From: an uncultured Chloroflexia bacterium
GTDB lineage: Bacteria > Chloroflexota > Dehalococcoidia > UBA2979
Direction: 5' to 3'
DNA length: 64,000 bases
NCBI GenBank assembly: GCA_963728205.1
Contig: CAVSIV010000001.1
Coordinates: forward strand, 512,001 to 576,000
Shown here: piece after piece, positions 1 to 9,012 of the stretch
How positions within the stretch are numbered: the first letter of the stretch is position 1
Layout of the letters: each line of letters opens with the position of its first letter
Position numbers and translations under genes: made by a program
The notes under the pieces: model-generated
Database searches by the model: none
What the model was told of the DNA's origin: nothing
The model's input: the letters and a program-made list of their open reading frames with translations, nothing else

Positions 1-1
1 C

Positions 2-661
2 GTGCTGCTGCGCGTGCCCGAAACGCCGTCGGCGGAGCGGGCGCGGAGCGGGGCGCCCGGCTGGCGCCCGGCGCTGCCGAGCACGACCGCGGAGCGACGC
101 TACCTGCTGGTGTTGTGGCTGTTCGCGCTCGGGAACTCGAGCGAGGCGTTCGTCGTGCTGCGCGTGTTCGACATCGGCGCCGGCGCCGTGGGCGCGCTGA
201 TGGCGCTCGCGCTGATGAACACGGTGTACGCCGCGCTCTCGGCGCCGCTCGGCGCCTGGTCCGACCGCTTCCCGCGGCGCCGGCTGCTGATCGGCGGCTA
301 CCTCGCGTACGCCGTGATCTACGGAGCGTTCGCGCTGGTCGGCGGCGTGGGGCAGGCGCTCGTGCTGCTCGTGCTGTACGGCGGGTACTACGGCGCGACC
401 GAGGGCGCGAGCCGCGCGTTCGCCAGCGACCTGGCGCCGGCCGGCGAGCGCGGGCAGATGTACGGGTGGTTCCACGCGGTGACCGCGCTCGGGGCGCTGC
501 CGGCGAGCGTGGTCGCGGGCTTCCTGTGGACCGCGGTCTCGCCGGGCGCCGCGTTCGCGTTCGGCGCGCTCGCGGCGCTCGCCGCGGCGGTGGTGCTGCT
601 CACGGTGCGCCCCGGCGCGAAGTCCGCGGGCGCCGCGGAGGGTGCCGGGGCCGGCCCTTAG
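2..661 (+). CDS. MFS transporter, C-terminal half (5' end outside window)
   Basis: Six hydrophobic helices; MFS motif A-like GAWSDRFPRR; 'GNSSEAF' and 'ERGQMYGWF' typical of MFS C-domain. Confidence 0.85.
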   Translation: MLLRVPETPSAERARSGAPGWRPALPSTTAERRYLLVLWLFALGNSSEAFVVLRVFDIGAGAVGALMALALMNTVYAALSAPLGAWSDRFPRRRLLIGGYLAYAVIYGAFALVGGVGQALVLLVLYGGYYGATEGASRAFASDLAPAGERGQMYGWFHAVTALGALPASVVAGFLWTAVSPGAAFAFGALAALAAAVVLLTVRPGAKSAGAAEGAGAGP

Positions 662-1011
662 TCGTCGCCCTCGCGGGTCTCGCGGCCGCGGTAGATCCAG
701 ATGTCGACCGGCTCCGCCGTCACGAGGCCCTCGTGGACCAGGGCGTCGATGGTCTCGCGGAACTCCTCGATCTTCGCTGCGTGATCGACGATCTCGATCA
801 GCATGGGGAGGTCCTGCGAGAGGCGCAGGATCTTCGTGGTGTGGATGCGGCTGCTCTCGCCGAAGCCGGCGACGCCGCGCATCACGGTGACGCCGGCGAG
901 CCCGGCCTCGCGCGCGCGCATCAGGATCTCCTCCCACAGCGGGCGATGGCCGACGTGATCCGATTCGCCGACGTAGATGCGGAGGAGGAGGCCCTGGCTG
1001 TTCTCGTCCAT
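658..1011 (-). CDS. DUF190 family (PII-like) protein
   Basis: C-terminal 117 aa of the 658..3207 ORF: LLRIYVGESD...AGLAGVTVMRGVAGFG.SSRIHT..ILRLSQDLP; lies directly downstream of crcB, a common pairing. Confidence 0.9.
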   Translation of the reverse strand: MDENSQGLLLRIYVGESDHVGHRPLWEEILMRAREAGLAGVTVMRGVAGFGESSRIHTTKILRLSQDLPMLIEIVDHAAKIEEFRETIDALVHEGLVTAEPVDIWIYRGRETREGDD

Positions 1012-1028
1012 GCGTGCGCTCCCGGTGC

Positions 1029-1394
1029 TCAGACGCGGGCGAGTGCCTGCCCCGCCCACGCGAGGAGGACACCGCCGACGACGCTGACCGTGACGTTGAG
1101 GAGGGCGAGGCCCCAGTCGCCCTCGTTGAGGAGGTTGACCGTCTCGAGGCTGAACGTGGAGAAGGTGGTGTAGGCGCCGAGCACGCCCACGGTGAGGGCG
1201 ACGCGCAGCTCGGGGGGCATCGTCGTGCGCTCGAGCAGGAACGAGGCGAGGAAGCCGAGCACGAAGGCGCCGCTGAGGTTCACGACGAGGGTGCCGGTGG
1301 GGAACGTCATGCCGCCGACCTGCGCCGCGCGGCCGACGCCGTAGCGCATGAGCGCGCCGGCCGCGCCGCCGATCGCGATCAGGACGAGCTGCAT
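1029..1394 (-). CDS. crcB: Fluoride efflux channel Fluc/CrcB
   Basis: GGAAGALMRY, GTLVVNLSGAF and GVLGAYTTFSTF signature motifs; ATG at 1394. Confidence 0.93.
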   Translation of the reverse strand: MQLVLIAIGGAAGALMRYGVGRAAQVGGMTFPTGTLVVNLSGAFVLGFLASFLLERTTMPPELRVALTVGVLGAYTTFSTFSLETVNLLNEGDWGLALLNVTVSVVGGVLLAWAGQALARV

Positions 1395-1427
1395 GCCGCG
1401 TACTGTGCGTACCGCGCACGACAGTGG

Positions 1428-1576
1428 CAAGCGGCGGCGGACAGGCCGCCGATGTGAGGGCGCCGCCGCGCCCTTCCGCATCGGCCGCGCGGGATGGACG
1501 GCGGGGGCAGCGCGGCGGCGCGGTTGGCGGCGGCCGATGGCCGCCGGGACATCGGCCGCATGTCTGCCGCCGCTTG
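1428..1576. repeat. REP-like family A, inverted pair
   Basis: caagcggcggcggacaggccgccgatgt (1428-1455) and near reverse complement acatcggccgcatgtctgccgccgcttg (1549-1576). Confidence 0.8.
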
Positions 1577-1598
1577 CGACGGGCGATCGGGGCGCGAG

Positions 1599-2033
1599 CT
1601 ACCAGGCGGAGCGCGAGCCGGCGCTCGCCGGCTGCAGCTCCTTCTCGAGCACGATGTCGCCCTCGGGGAGGTAGCCCGCCTCCGCGGCGAGCGCCAGGCC
1701 GGCGGTGTTCTGCTGGTTGATCTCGAGGTAGATGCGCCGCGCGCCGCTCGCGCGCAGATGCGCCTCGCCGGCGTTCATCAGCTGCCGACCCAGCCCCGAG
1801 CGGCGCCGGTCCGCGGCGACGGCCACGTGGTAGATGTACGCGCGCCAGCCGTCGAAGGTCGCGACCACGGTGCCGACGATGCGGTCGGCGTCCTGGGCGA
1901 CGAGCACGAGGTTGTACGGCCCATCGACCAGCGCCTCCCACTCGTCGTCCTGGGTGCGTTCGAGGCCGGCCTCCTCCCAGAGCGCGAGCACGCGTGCGCG
2001 GTCGCGGCGCTCGGCGCGGCGAAACACGGCCAT
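1599..2033 (-). CDS. GNAT family N-acetyltransferase (YpeA-like)
   Basis: FDGWRAYIYHVAV..DRRRSGLGRQLM acetyl-CoA binding motif; N..G..L...AGY; GGAGG RBS. Confidence 0.88.
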   Translation of the reverse strand: MAVFRRAERRDRARVLALWEEAGLERTQDDEWEALVDGPYNLVLVAQDADRIVGTVVATFDGWRAYIYHVAVAADRRRSGLGRQLMNAGEAHLRASGARRIYLEINQQNTAGLALAAEAGYLPEGDIVLEKELQPASAGSRSAW

Positions 2034-2096
2034 GGTGGTCCTCCCTCAGGGCGCGCGCCGAACGTAGCACGTGCCCCGCGCCCGGGACGCAGGGCG

Positions 2097-3008
2097 TCAG
2101 CCCTGCGCCGCGCGCTCCTTCTCGTGGTCGGCAAGCGTCTTGCCCGCGGCCCACATCGGCTGCGCGCCCTCGAGGCTCGTGATCTGCGACCACTGCTCCT
2201 GGATCCACTCGGCGTCCCTGGGCTCGCCCAGGCCCGGCTGCACCCCGGGGCCCTTCACCAGCACCGCGCGATTGAAGTTGCCCGCGCCCGCCTCGATCAC
2301 GAGGCCGCTGTCGGTGTTCGCCTCCGAGGCCATGTAGACGACCGCCGGCACGACGTACTCCGGCTTCAGCCGCTCCACCATCTCCGGGGTCATGACCGTG
2401 GCGGTGAGCCGCGTGCCGGCGACCGGCGCCACCGTGTTCACCATCACGTTGTACTTCGCGCCCTCCTGCTTGAGGACGTTCATCAGGCCGAGCATCGACG
2501 TCTTCGCCGCGCCGTAGTTCGCCTGGCCGAACTGGCCCCAGATGCCGGACGACGAGCTCGTGAGCACGACGCGCCCGTACGACTGCTGCCGGAACACCGG
2601 CCACGCGTGGCGCAGGATGTCGAACGCGCCCTTGGCGTGGACCGCGAAGATCGCGTCCCAGTCGTTCTCGTCCATGTTGTGCATCGCCTTGTCGCGCAGG
2701 ATGCCGGCGTTGCAGATCACGACGTCGAGGCGGCCCCACTTGTCGATGGCGCCGCGCACCATCTCGAGGCCGTCGTCGTAGCTCGAGACGCTGCCGAAGT
2801 TCGCGATCGCCTCGCCGCCGGCCGCGGTGATCTCGTCGACGACCTTCTGCGCGGGCGCGGCGTCCTCGCCGCGGCCGGCGGGGTCGCCGCCGAGGTCGTT
2901 CACGACGACGCGCGCGCCGCGCTTCGCGAGGTCGAGCGCGTAGGCGCGGCCGAGGCCCTGCCCGGCGCCGGTGACGAGCGCGACCCGTCCTTCGAATGAG
3001 ATGGCCAT
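2097..3008 (-). CDS. SDR oxidoreductase (MFE-2-like 3-hydroxyacyl-CoA dehydrogenase)
   Basis: TGAGQGLG, VVVNDLG, NAGILRDK and YGAAK catalytic motifs; GGAGGA RBS before ATG 3008. Confidence 0.92.
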   Translation of the reverse strand: MAISFEGRVALVTGAGQGLGRAYALDLAKRGARVVVNDLGGDPAGRGEDAAPAQKVVDEITAAGGEAIANFGSVSSYDDGLEMVRGAIDKWGRLDVVICNAGILRDKAMHNMDENDWDAIFAVHAKGAFDILRHAWPVFRQQSYGRVVLTSSSSGIWGQFGQANYGAAKTSMLGLMNVLKQEGAKYNVMVNTVAPVAGTRLTATVMTPEMVERLKPEYVVPAVVYMASEANTDSGLVIEAGAGNFNRAVLVKGPGVQPGLGEPRDAEWIQEQWSQITSLEGAQPMWAAGKTLADHEKERAAQG

Positions 3009-3116
3009 GAAGCATCCTCCGTCGTCTGAGCGACCAGCTGGTGGCGCGTGGATGGTCGGGGCGTGCACCCATTCTGACCGCGCAAACGGGCTGGCGCGAG
3101 CGGGTGGACGGGGGGA

Positions 3117-4028
3117 TCAGGCGGGCGGCGGCAGGTGTCGCTTCGCGATCCGACAGGCGACCGTGTACGCGGGGTCGAACACGTTGCCGATGTCGTACTC
3201 GACGCACTGGCCGAGCAGGTGGCTCGCCACGGCCGCGTCGATGCGGTAGTCCACCTCGAGCCAGCGCAGCAGCTCAGACGTCGCGTGTTGCAGCGCCTGC
3301 TCGAGCGGCCGCGCGTTGCCGAGCGCGAACAGATGCTCCGCCGTCTCGCCGCGCGGCCAACCGGGGGCCGCGCCCTTGCGGACATCGACCGTCAGCGCGA
3401 CGTCCATCGAGATCTCGACGCCGGTGCCGACGATCTCGCCCTCGCCCTGCACGGCGTGGCCGTCGCCGAGGTGCAGCAGCGCGCCGGGCGCGAAGACGGG
3501 GAAGAAGAGCGTGGCGCCGGGCTCGACGCCGGGGTAGTCCATGTTGCCGCCGTACGGGCCGGAGGTCGCGGTCGAGATCGCCTGGCCGTGGGCGGGCGCC
3601 ACGCCGAGGCAGCCGAGCATCGGCCGCAGCGCGACCGCGATCACCGGCAGCGCCTCGTGCGCCGTGCGCAGGCGGGCGACGTTGCGCTCGACGTCCACCT
3701 CCCAGTCGATGCGCCCGCGCTCGGGCAGGCGCGGCACGTCGGGCGGGTCCACGACGTGCGGGGCGATGGCGGTGCTCGTGAAGCCGTGCGCGCGGTTCGG
3801 GACGACGTCGTCGATGCGCACGACGAGCGCGTCGCCGGGCTCGGCGCCCTCGACGAAGAACGGACCCGTGAGCGGGTTGCCGGGCTCGGTGACGGGCTCG
3901 CCGAGGCGGTCGGCGCCGCCGGCGTCGACGGTCGTGGTGACGATGGTGTCGCCGGGTCGGACGCGCAGGACGGGCTCGTGGGAGCCGAACGTGCGGTGGT
4001 AGCGGGTGGGCTGGAAGCGGTGTTCCAT
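3117..4028 (-). CDS. Acetamidase/formamidase family protein
   Basis: NPLTGPFFVEGAEPGD, GGNMD and GDGHAVQGEGE motifs. Confidence 0.92.
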   Translation of the reverse strand: MEHRFQPTRYHRTFGSHEPVLRVRPGDTIVTTTVDAGGADRLGEPVTEPGNPLTGPFFVEGAEPGDALVVRIDDVVPNRAHGFTSTAIAPHVVDPPDVPRLPERGRIDWEVDVERNVARLRTAHEALPVIAVALRPMLGCLGVAPAHGQAISTATSGPYGGNMDYPGVEPGATLFFPVFAPGALLHLGDGHAVQGEGEIVGTGVEISMDVALTVDVRKGAAPGWPRGETAEHLFALGNARPLEQALQHATSELLRWLEVDYRIDAAVASHLLGQCVEYDIGNVFDPAYTVACRIAKRHLPPPA

Positions 4029-4245
4029 CGGCGCGGCTCCTCACGGTCCGCACGGATCGTACCCGTCGGGGCGCTGCTGCCCCGGGCCCCGAGGCCCCCG
4101 GGCGAGCAACGAGCCGGCGGCCCGCTGGTGGCGTGCTGCGGCCGTGCCCCCCGCCAGCCCGCCAATCTCGGTACTGCCGCCGGTGAGCCGCCAGCCCGCT
4201 GGTATCGTGACCGGCGCCAGCAAACCGCCACGGAACGAGCCGCAC

Positions 4246-5250
4246 ATGCCCCTCGTCACCCGGTCCTTCCGCGCGAGCGACGTCGACGCGGCGGCTGCAC
4301 TGCTCGCCGCGCGCCACCGTCGCGACCGCGTGCGCCTCGCCATGCTCCCCGCGCGCTTCGAGTCGCCCGGCGACTGCGCGGACCTGCTGCGAAGCGCGAT
4401 GGACTACGGCCACGGCGTCGCGGCCGAGCGCGACGGGCGGGTCGCCGGATTCCTCTTCTCGCTCGACATGCTCCTCGGCCCCGACCGCCACAACGTGCGC
4501 TTCCAGCCGCCGCGCTCCGCGATGTTGTTCGCGCACGGCCATGCCGTCGACGTCGCGGAGGACGCGTTCGCGGTGTACGCGGCGCTCTATGCCGCGCAGG
4601 CCGAGCGGCTCGTCAATCGCGGCATCCTCGGCCACACCGTCCACCTGCCGGCGGGCGATCCGGCGCTGGACGCCGCGTGGGCGGACCTCGGATTCGGGCG
4701 CACCGGCGCCTTCGCCGCGCGGGACCTCGCGCCGCTCACCCGTCCGGGCGCCGCCGACGTCGAGGTGCGCGAGGCGACGCCCGAGGACATCGACACCGTC
4801 CTGCGTCTGCAGGACGAGGAGGCGCGCTACCACTCGCGCGCGCCGGTCTTCCACGCGTACGTCGCGGCCGACACCGCGGCCGGGATGCGGCGCGACGCCG
4901 CGCTGCTCGCTGCCGACGACTCCGTCGCGCTGCTCGGCGCGCTCGACGGCCGCGACGTGGGGCTGGTGACGGTCTCGCCCCCGTCGGGCGGCCCGCTCTC
5001 GGTACCCGACGGCGCCGTCACGATCGGCGAGGCGGCGGTGCTGGAGGAAGCGCGCGGCCGCGGCGTGGGCGCGGCGCTGGTCGACCGCGCGCTCGCGTGG
5101 GGCCGCGCGCGGGACCGCGACTACGCGGTGCTGCACTTCTCGATCGGCAACCGGCTGTCGCGGCCGTTCTGGCTGGGGCTCGGGTTCACGCCGCTGCTGT
5201 GGCACCTCCATCGGCACCTCGACCCGCGGATGACGTGGGCGCGCGGCTGA
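4246..5250 (+). CDS. Tandem GNAT family acetyltransferase
   Basis: C-terminal V.EEARGRGVGAAL...N.LSRPFW..LGF; degenerate N-terminal GNAT half; ATG at 4246. Confidence 0.8.
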   Translation: MPLVTRSFRASDVDAAAALLAARHRRDRVRLAMLPARFESPGDCADLLRSAMDYGHGVAAERDGRVAGFLFSLDMLLGPDRHNVRFQPPRSAMLFAHGHAVDVAEDAFAVYAALYAAQAERLVNRGILGHTVHLPAGDPALDAAWADLGFGRTGAFAARDLAPLTRPGAADVEVREATPEDIDTVLRLQDEEARYHSRAPVFHAYVAADTAAGMRRDAALLAADDSVALLGALDGRDVGLVTVSPPSGGPLSVPDGAVTIGEAAVLEEARGRGVGAALVDRALAWGRARDRDYAVLHFSIGNRLSRPFWLGLGFTPLLWHLHRHLDPRMTWARG

Positions 5251-5276
5251 CGACCGTCGGCGCTCACGCCCGGCGG

Positions 5277-5568
5277 CGGCGAGCGGAGGGCGTGTCGCCC
5301 TCCGACTGCGCGTGGGTGTCCCCGGGGTTCGCGCGCCCGACGGCGAGCGGAGGGCGTGTCGCCCTCCGACTTCGCCGTGCGCATCCCCGGGGTTCGCGCG
5401 CCCGGACGGCGAGCGGAGGGCGTGTCGCCCTCCGACTTCGCCGTGCGTATCCCCGGGGTTCGCGCGCCCGGACGGCAAGCGGAGGGCGTGTCGCCCTCCG
5501 ACTGCGCATGGGTATCCCCGGGGTTCGCGCGCGTGAGTCGGAGGGCCGCAGGCCCTCCGCTCGCCGTC
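5277..5568. repeat. BIME-like array of REP-like family B: four direct 64-66 bp units plus one inverted half-unit
   Basis: Units start at 5277, 5341, 5407 and 5473, each with the hairpin GGAGGGCG-tgt-CGCCCTCC followed by ...ccccggggttcgcgcg; inverted copy at 5537-5568; lies between convergent genes. Confidence 0.92.
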
Positions 5569-5582
5569 GCCGTCGCCACCCG

Positions 5583-6965
5583 TTACGCCGCCGGCGTGAG
5601 CCGCATCGCCGCGACCGTGCCCACCGCGCCGACCGCCGCCATCAGCACGAACGTCGCCGCCACCGCCGCCGCCCGCGGATCGTCGGCCGCGCCGAGCACC
5701 ACCAGCGTGCCCCCGATGCCCGTCCCGGCCGCGGCGCCGAGCGTCTCCGACACCTTCATCGACGACGCCGCCGCGCCCTCGCGACCGCGCGCCGCGAGCG
5801 ACAGCACGATCAGCGAGTAGCTCTGGTACGCCATCCCGATGCCGAACCCGGCGATCGCCCAGGCCACCGCGGCGACCGCGACCGGCACCGCGGGAAACAC
5901 CGCGGCCGTCATCGTGCCGATGCCGACGACCACCAGCGCCATGCCGGCGCGCGCCGTGACCCGCCGGTCGACGCGCCCCGCGAGCCGCTCCTGCAGCCAC
6001 GATCCCGACGTCCACGCCAGCGTCGCCGTCGTCAGCACCACGCCCGCCATCACCGTCGACTGTCCGCGCTGGGTCGTGAGCATGAGCGGGACGAAGGCGT
6101 CGGCGCCGAAGAACGCCATGTTCAGCAGCCCGTGGCCCGCGATCGCCGCCGGCAGGCCGCCCGCGGCGCGCAGCGTCCCGGCCGGCACGAGCCGGCGAAA
6201 CGCCGGCAGCGCCGCCGCGACGCCGACCGCCACGAGCGCCAGCCCCGGCAGGCTCTGCGTCGACAGCCCCGCCAGCGCCAGCGCCGCCCCCGCCGCGAGC
6301 TGCAGCGCGGGCAGCGTCGGCGCGCCGCCGCCGGCCGGCTCGTCGGGCGGGCCCAGCCGCGCGAGCGTGCCCAGGGTCATCGCCGCGACCAGCACCAGCA
6401 GCGGCAGCAGCCCGAGGAACACGAGCCGCCACGTCGCGTATTCCGCGACCGCGCCGGCCAGCGCCGGCCCGATCAGCCCCGGCACGACCCATGCCGTCGA
6501 CAGCAGCGCGAACATCCGCGGCCGCAGCGACTCCGGGTACGCGCGCCCGATCACCACGTAGGCGACCGACGGCACGCTGCCGGCTCCCAGCCCCTGCACC
6601 GTGCGCGCCAGCACGAGCACGAGCATCGACGGCGCGAGTCCGCCGGCGAGCAGCCCCGCGCCGAACAGCACGAGCCCCACGGCGAAGGGGCGAGCCGGGC
6701 CGTGACGGTCGGCCTCGTGGCCGGCCCACGCGATGCCGACGAGGCTCGCGAGCAGGAACGCGCCGAAGGCCCAGCCGTAGAGGCGCAGCCCGCCGATGTC
6801 GCGCTCGGCGGCCGGCAGCACGGTGGCGACGGCGAGCGCCTCGAACGCGACGAGCGTGAGCACGAGCAGCAGCCCGAACGAGAGCGCGCGCAGGGGCGGG
6901 GCGAAGACGCCGCTCGCCGTCTCGAATCCCGCCGCGCGCGCGCCGGCGTCCGTGGACACGCTCAC
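5583..6965 (-). CDS. MFS transporter (DHA2-like)
   Basis: Many TM helices; ADRHGPAR, LARTVQGLGAG and LIGPALAG motifs; GGAGG RBS. Confidence 0.9.
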   Translation of the reverse strand: MSVSTDAGARAAGFETASGVFAPPLRALSFGLLLVLTLVAFEALAVATVLPAAERDIGGLRLYGWAFGAFLLASLVGIAWAGHEADRHGPARPFAVGLVLFGAGLLAGGLAPSMLVLVLARTVQGLGAGSVPSVAYVVIGRAYPESLRPRMFALLSTAWVVPGLIGPALAGAVAEYATWRLVFLGLLPLLVLVAAMTLGTLARLGPPDEPAGGGAPTLPALQLAAGAALALAGLSTQSLPGLALVAVGVAAALPAFRRLVPAGTLRAAGGLPAAIAGHGLLNMAFFGADAFVPLMLTTQRGQSTVMAGVVLTTATLAWTSGSWLQERLAGRVDRRVTARAGMALVVVGIGTMTAAVFPAVPVAVAAVAWAIAGFGIGMAYQSYSLIVLSLAARGREGAAASSMKVSETLGAAAGTGIGGTLVVLGAADDPRAAAVAATFVLMAAVGAVGTVAAMRLTPAA

Positions 6966-7039
6966 CCTCCGGCGGCGCGTCCGCGCGCCGCGGCAGCGAC
7001 GGTACCGGATCGCCCGCGCCGGCGGCGCGGCGCGCGCGG

Positions 7040-8935
7040 TCAGGCGCTCGCGGGCGGGAGCGTGCGCAGGAACGCGAGCGCCTCGCTCGCGGTCGCCACG
7101 CGCACCACGTGGATGCGAAGCGCGATCGCGACGGCGTCCGTGTAGTTGCCAGGCGGCACGAGGAAGTACTCGGCGCCGGCGCGCTCGGCGGCGGCGACCT
7201 TCTGCTGCACGCCGCCGATCGTCCCCACGTTGCCGTCGAGGTCGATCGTCCCGGTGCCGGCCACGCGATGACCGCGCGTGAGGTCGTCGGGCGTGAGGGC
7301 GTTGGTCACCGCCAGCGTGAACATCAGCCCGGCGGACGGGCCCCCCTCCACCTTCTCCGGCGTGATCGTGACGGGAAACGGCAGGTCGAGATGGTCGCCC
7401 GTCGGCGCGACGTTGATGCCGATGCGCGGCGTCGTCGACCCGGCAGCCGGCGGCATCAGCGGCACCACGAGCGAAACGGCGGCGCCGCCGCGCCGCACGA
7501 CGAGGTCTGCGCTGGTGGCGTCGGGCGTGCGCGCGAGCGTCGCCGACACGTCGGCCGGCGTCGCGACCGGCGTGCCGTTCACGCTCACGATCTCGTCTCC
7601 GAGGCGCAGCACCGCGGTCGCGCGGCTCGACCGAAGGATGCCGACCACCTCAGCGCCCTCGAAGCGCAGGTCGGCCTGAAAGCCGGCGAGCCGCAGGCCG
7701 ACGACGATCGCCGTCTTCTCGCTCTGCTGCAGGTCGCGGAAGCCCTCGATGGCGAGCTGCTGCGGCGTCGTGTTCGGCGGCACGATGTTGCGCGCCGTCG
7801 TGAGGCGGATGGCCGGGTCGAAGTGCGCGTAGATCCACTCGGCGACGACGATCGGGGCCTGCGGGATCACCGTGGTGAGGATGAGCGTGCCGGCGGCCGG
7901 GTGGGCGCGTTCGGCCGGCACGTGGACCATCGGCTCGACGGACGCGGTGGGGCCGGGCGCCTCCATGCCGGCGTTCGTCGGCAGGAGCATGGCGCCGGGC
8001 GTGGTGAGGACGAAGGCGGCCGCGGCAACGGCGGCGAAGCCGGCGATCCGCGCGGCGCGGGTGCGCGGCGCATGGTCGGGCGCAGGCGCGGACGCGGCCG
8101 CCGGGTCGGCGAGCCCCACCGCGGGACCGGCCCCGGCGAGGGGCGCGCCCGCGCCGAACCGACCCCGCGGCATCTGTGCGAGCAGCGGGAGGGCGGCGAG
8201 CGCCGCGACGGCGAGCGTCGCGGTTGCCGTCTCGGTGCTGAAGCGCGCGTGCTGCCACGAGAGCAGCGTCGCCCACCCGGCGAGGCCGGCGAGCCACAGC
8301 ACGCCCAGCGCCCACGCGAGGCGGGTGGCCGTCGCGGGCGCGCCCAGCAGCCACCAGGTCAGCGCGCGCAGCAGGCGGCCGCCGTCGAACGGAAATCCCG
8401 GCGCGAGGTTCACCAGCGCGATCCCGCCGTGGAAGCAGACGAGGAAGAACGCGACCACCGTCGTGAAGGTGCCCAGCCCCGCCTGCCACGCGACCGCGGC
8501 GACGGCGGCGCAGACGAGGCTCGCGGCCGGCCCCGCCGTCGCCATTGCGGCCTCGGCGCCCGGCGCGGCGGCCCGCGGCCACGCCTGCGCGGCGTCGCCG
8601 AGCGGGTAGAGCGGGACGCGCGGCGGCAGCGTCGCGCCGGCGCCGTGCGCGACCCACGCGTGCGCGGCCGCGTGTACCACGAGCCCCGCGACGGCCCCCG
8701 CCACGATCACGACCGCCGCCGCCCACGCGCCGCGCGCAGAGAGCGACGCGCCGAGCAGCGGCACGTAGAGCGCGTGCACGCCCCACGCGGCCGCAGGCAG
8801 CACGACGACCCAGCTCGCGCCGAGCGCGATGCGCGTCGGGCCGGCGGGGAAATCGAGGCTGACGCGACGCGTCGCGAGGGCCACGGTGAGCGCATCCTTC
8901 CGTGCGCGCGCCGGGGGGCCGAGCGTCGCGGGCAC
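7040..8935 (-). CDS. Fusion protein: degenerate site-2 protease (M50) membrane domain + PDZ + Lon-like S16 protease (YlbL/SdrC-like)
   Basis: N-terminal HAAAH (HExxH-like), AGP and NLAPGFPFDGGR; C-terminal GGPSAGLMF, AGTGTI..DG.VG.IGGVQQK Ser-Lys dyad; PDZ L..GDEIVSVNG; start codon uncertain. Confidence 0.8.
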   Translation of the reverse strand: MPATLGPPARARKDALTVALATRRVSLDFPAGPTRIALGASWVVVLPAAAWGVHALYVPLLGASLSARGAWAAAVVIVAGAVAGLVVHAAAHAWVAHGAGATLPPRVPLYPLGDAAQAWPRAAAPGAEAAMATAGPAASLVCAAVAAVAWQAGLGTFTTVVAFFLVCFHGGIALVNLAPGFPFDGGRLLRALTWWLLGAPATATRLAWALGVLWLAGLAGWATLLSWQHARFSTETATATLAVAALAALPLLAQMPRGRFGAGAPLAGAGPAVGLADPAAASAPAPDHAPRTRAARIAGFAAVAAAAFVLTTPGAMLLPTNAGMEAPGPTASVEPMVHVPAERAHPAAGTLILTTVIPQAPIVVAEWIYAHFDPAIRLTTARNIVPPNTTPQQLAIEGFRDLQQSEKTAIVVGLRLAGFQADLRFEGAEVVGILRSSRATAVLRLGDEIVSVNGTPVATPADVSATLARTPDATSADLVVRRGGAAVSLVVPLMPPAAGSTTPRIGINVAPTGDHLDLPFPVTITPEKVEGGPSAGLMFTLAVTNALTPDDLTRGHRVAGTGTIDLDGNVGTIGGVQQKVAAAERAGAEYFLVPPGNYTDAVAIALRIHVVRVATASEALAFLRTLPPASA

Positions 8936-9012
8936 GCACAGAGTGTCGCCGCGCGGGCGGCATCGTGGCTACCGCTCGCGGTGCCGGAACGCCGCGCGCT
9001 AGCGTGATGGCG

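Noticed and set aside
1395-1598. Fluoride riboswitch upstream of crcB
   Set aside because: No GGCGATGG...CGCC consensus on the minus strand; the hairpin there is the family A repeat
5277-5568. CRISPR array
   Set aside because: Inter-repeat segments are short and nearly identical, there is an inverted terminal copy, solo copies occur elsewhere, and no cas genes are present
3135-7145. Very long alternative ORFs (e.g. 3135..7145, 3274..6729, 32115..35855, 36361..39555, 658..3207 upstream of 1011)
   Set aside because: Arg/Ala/Pro-rich shadow frames caused by high GC, overlapping well-supported genes
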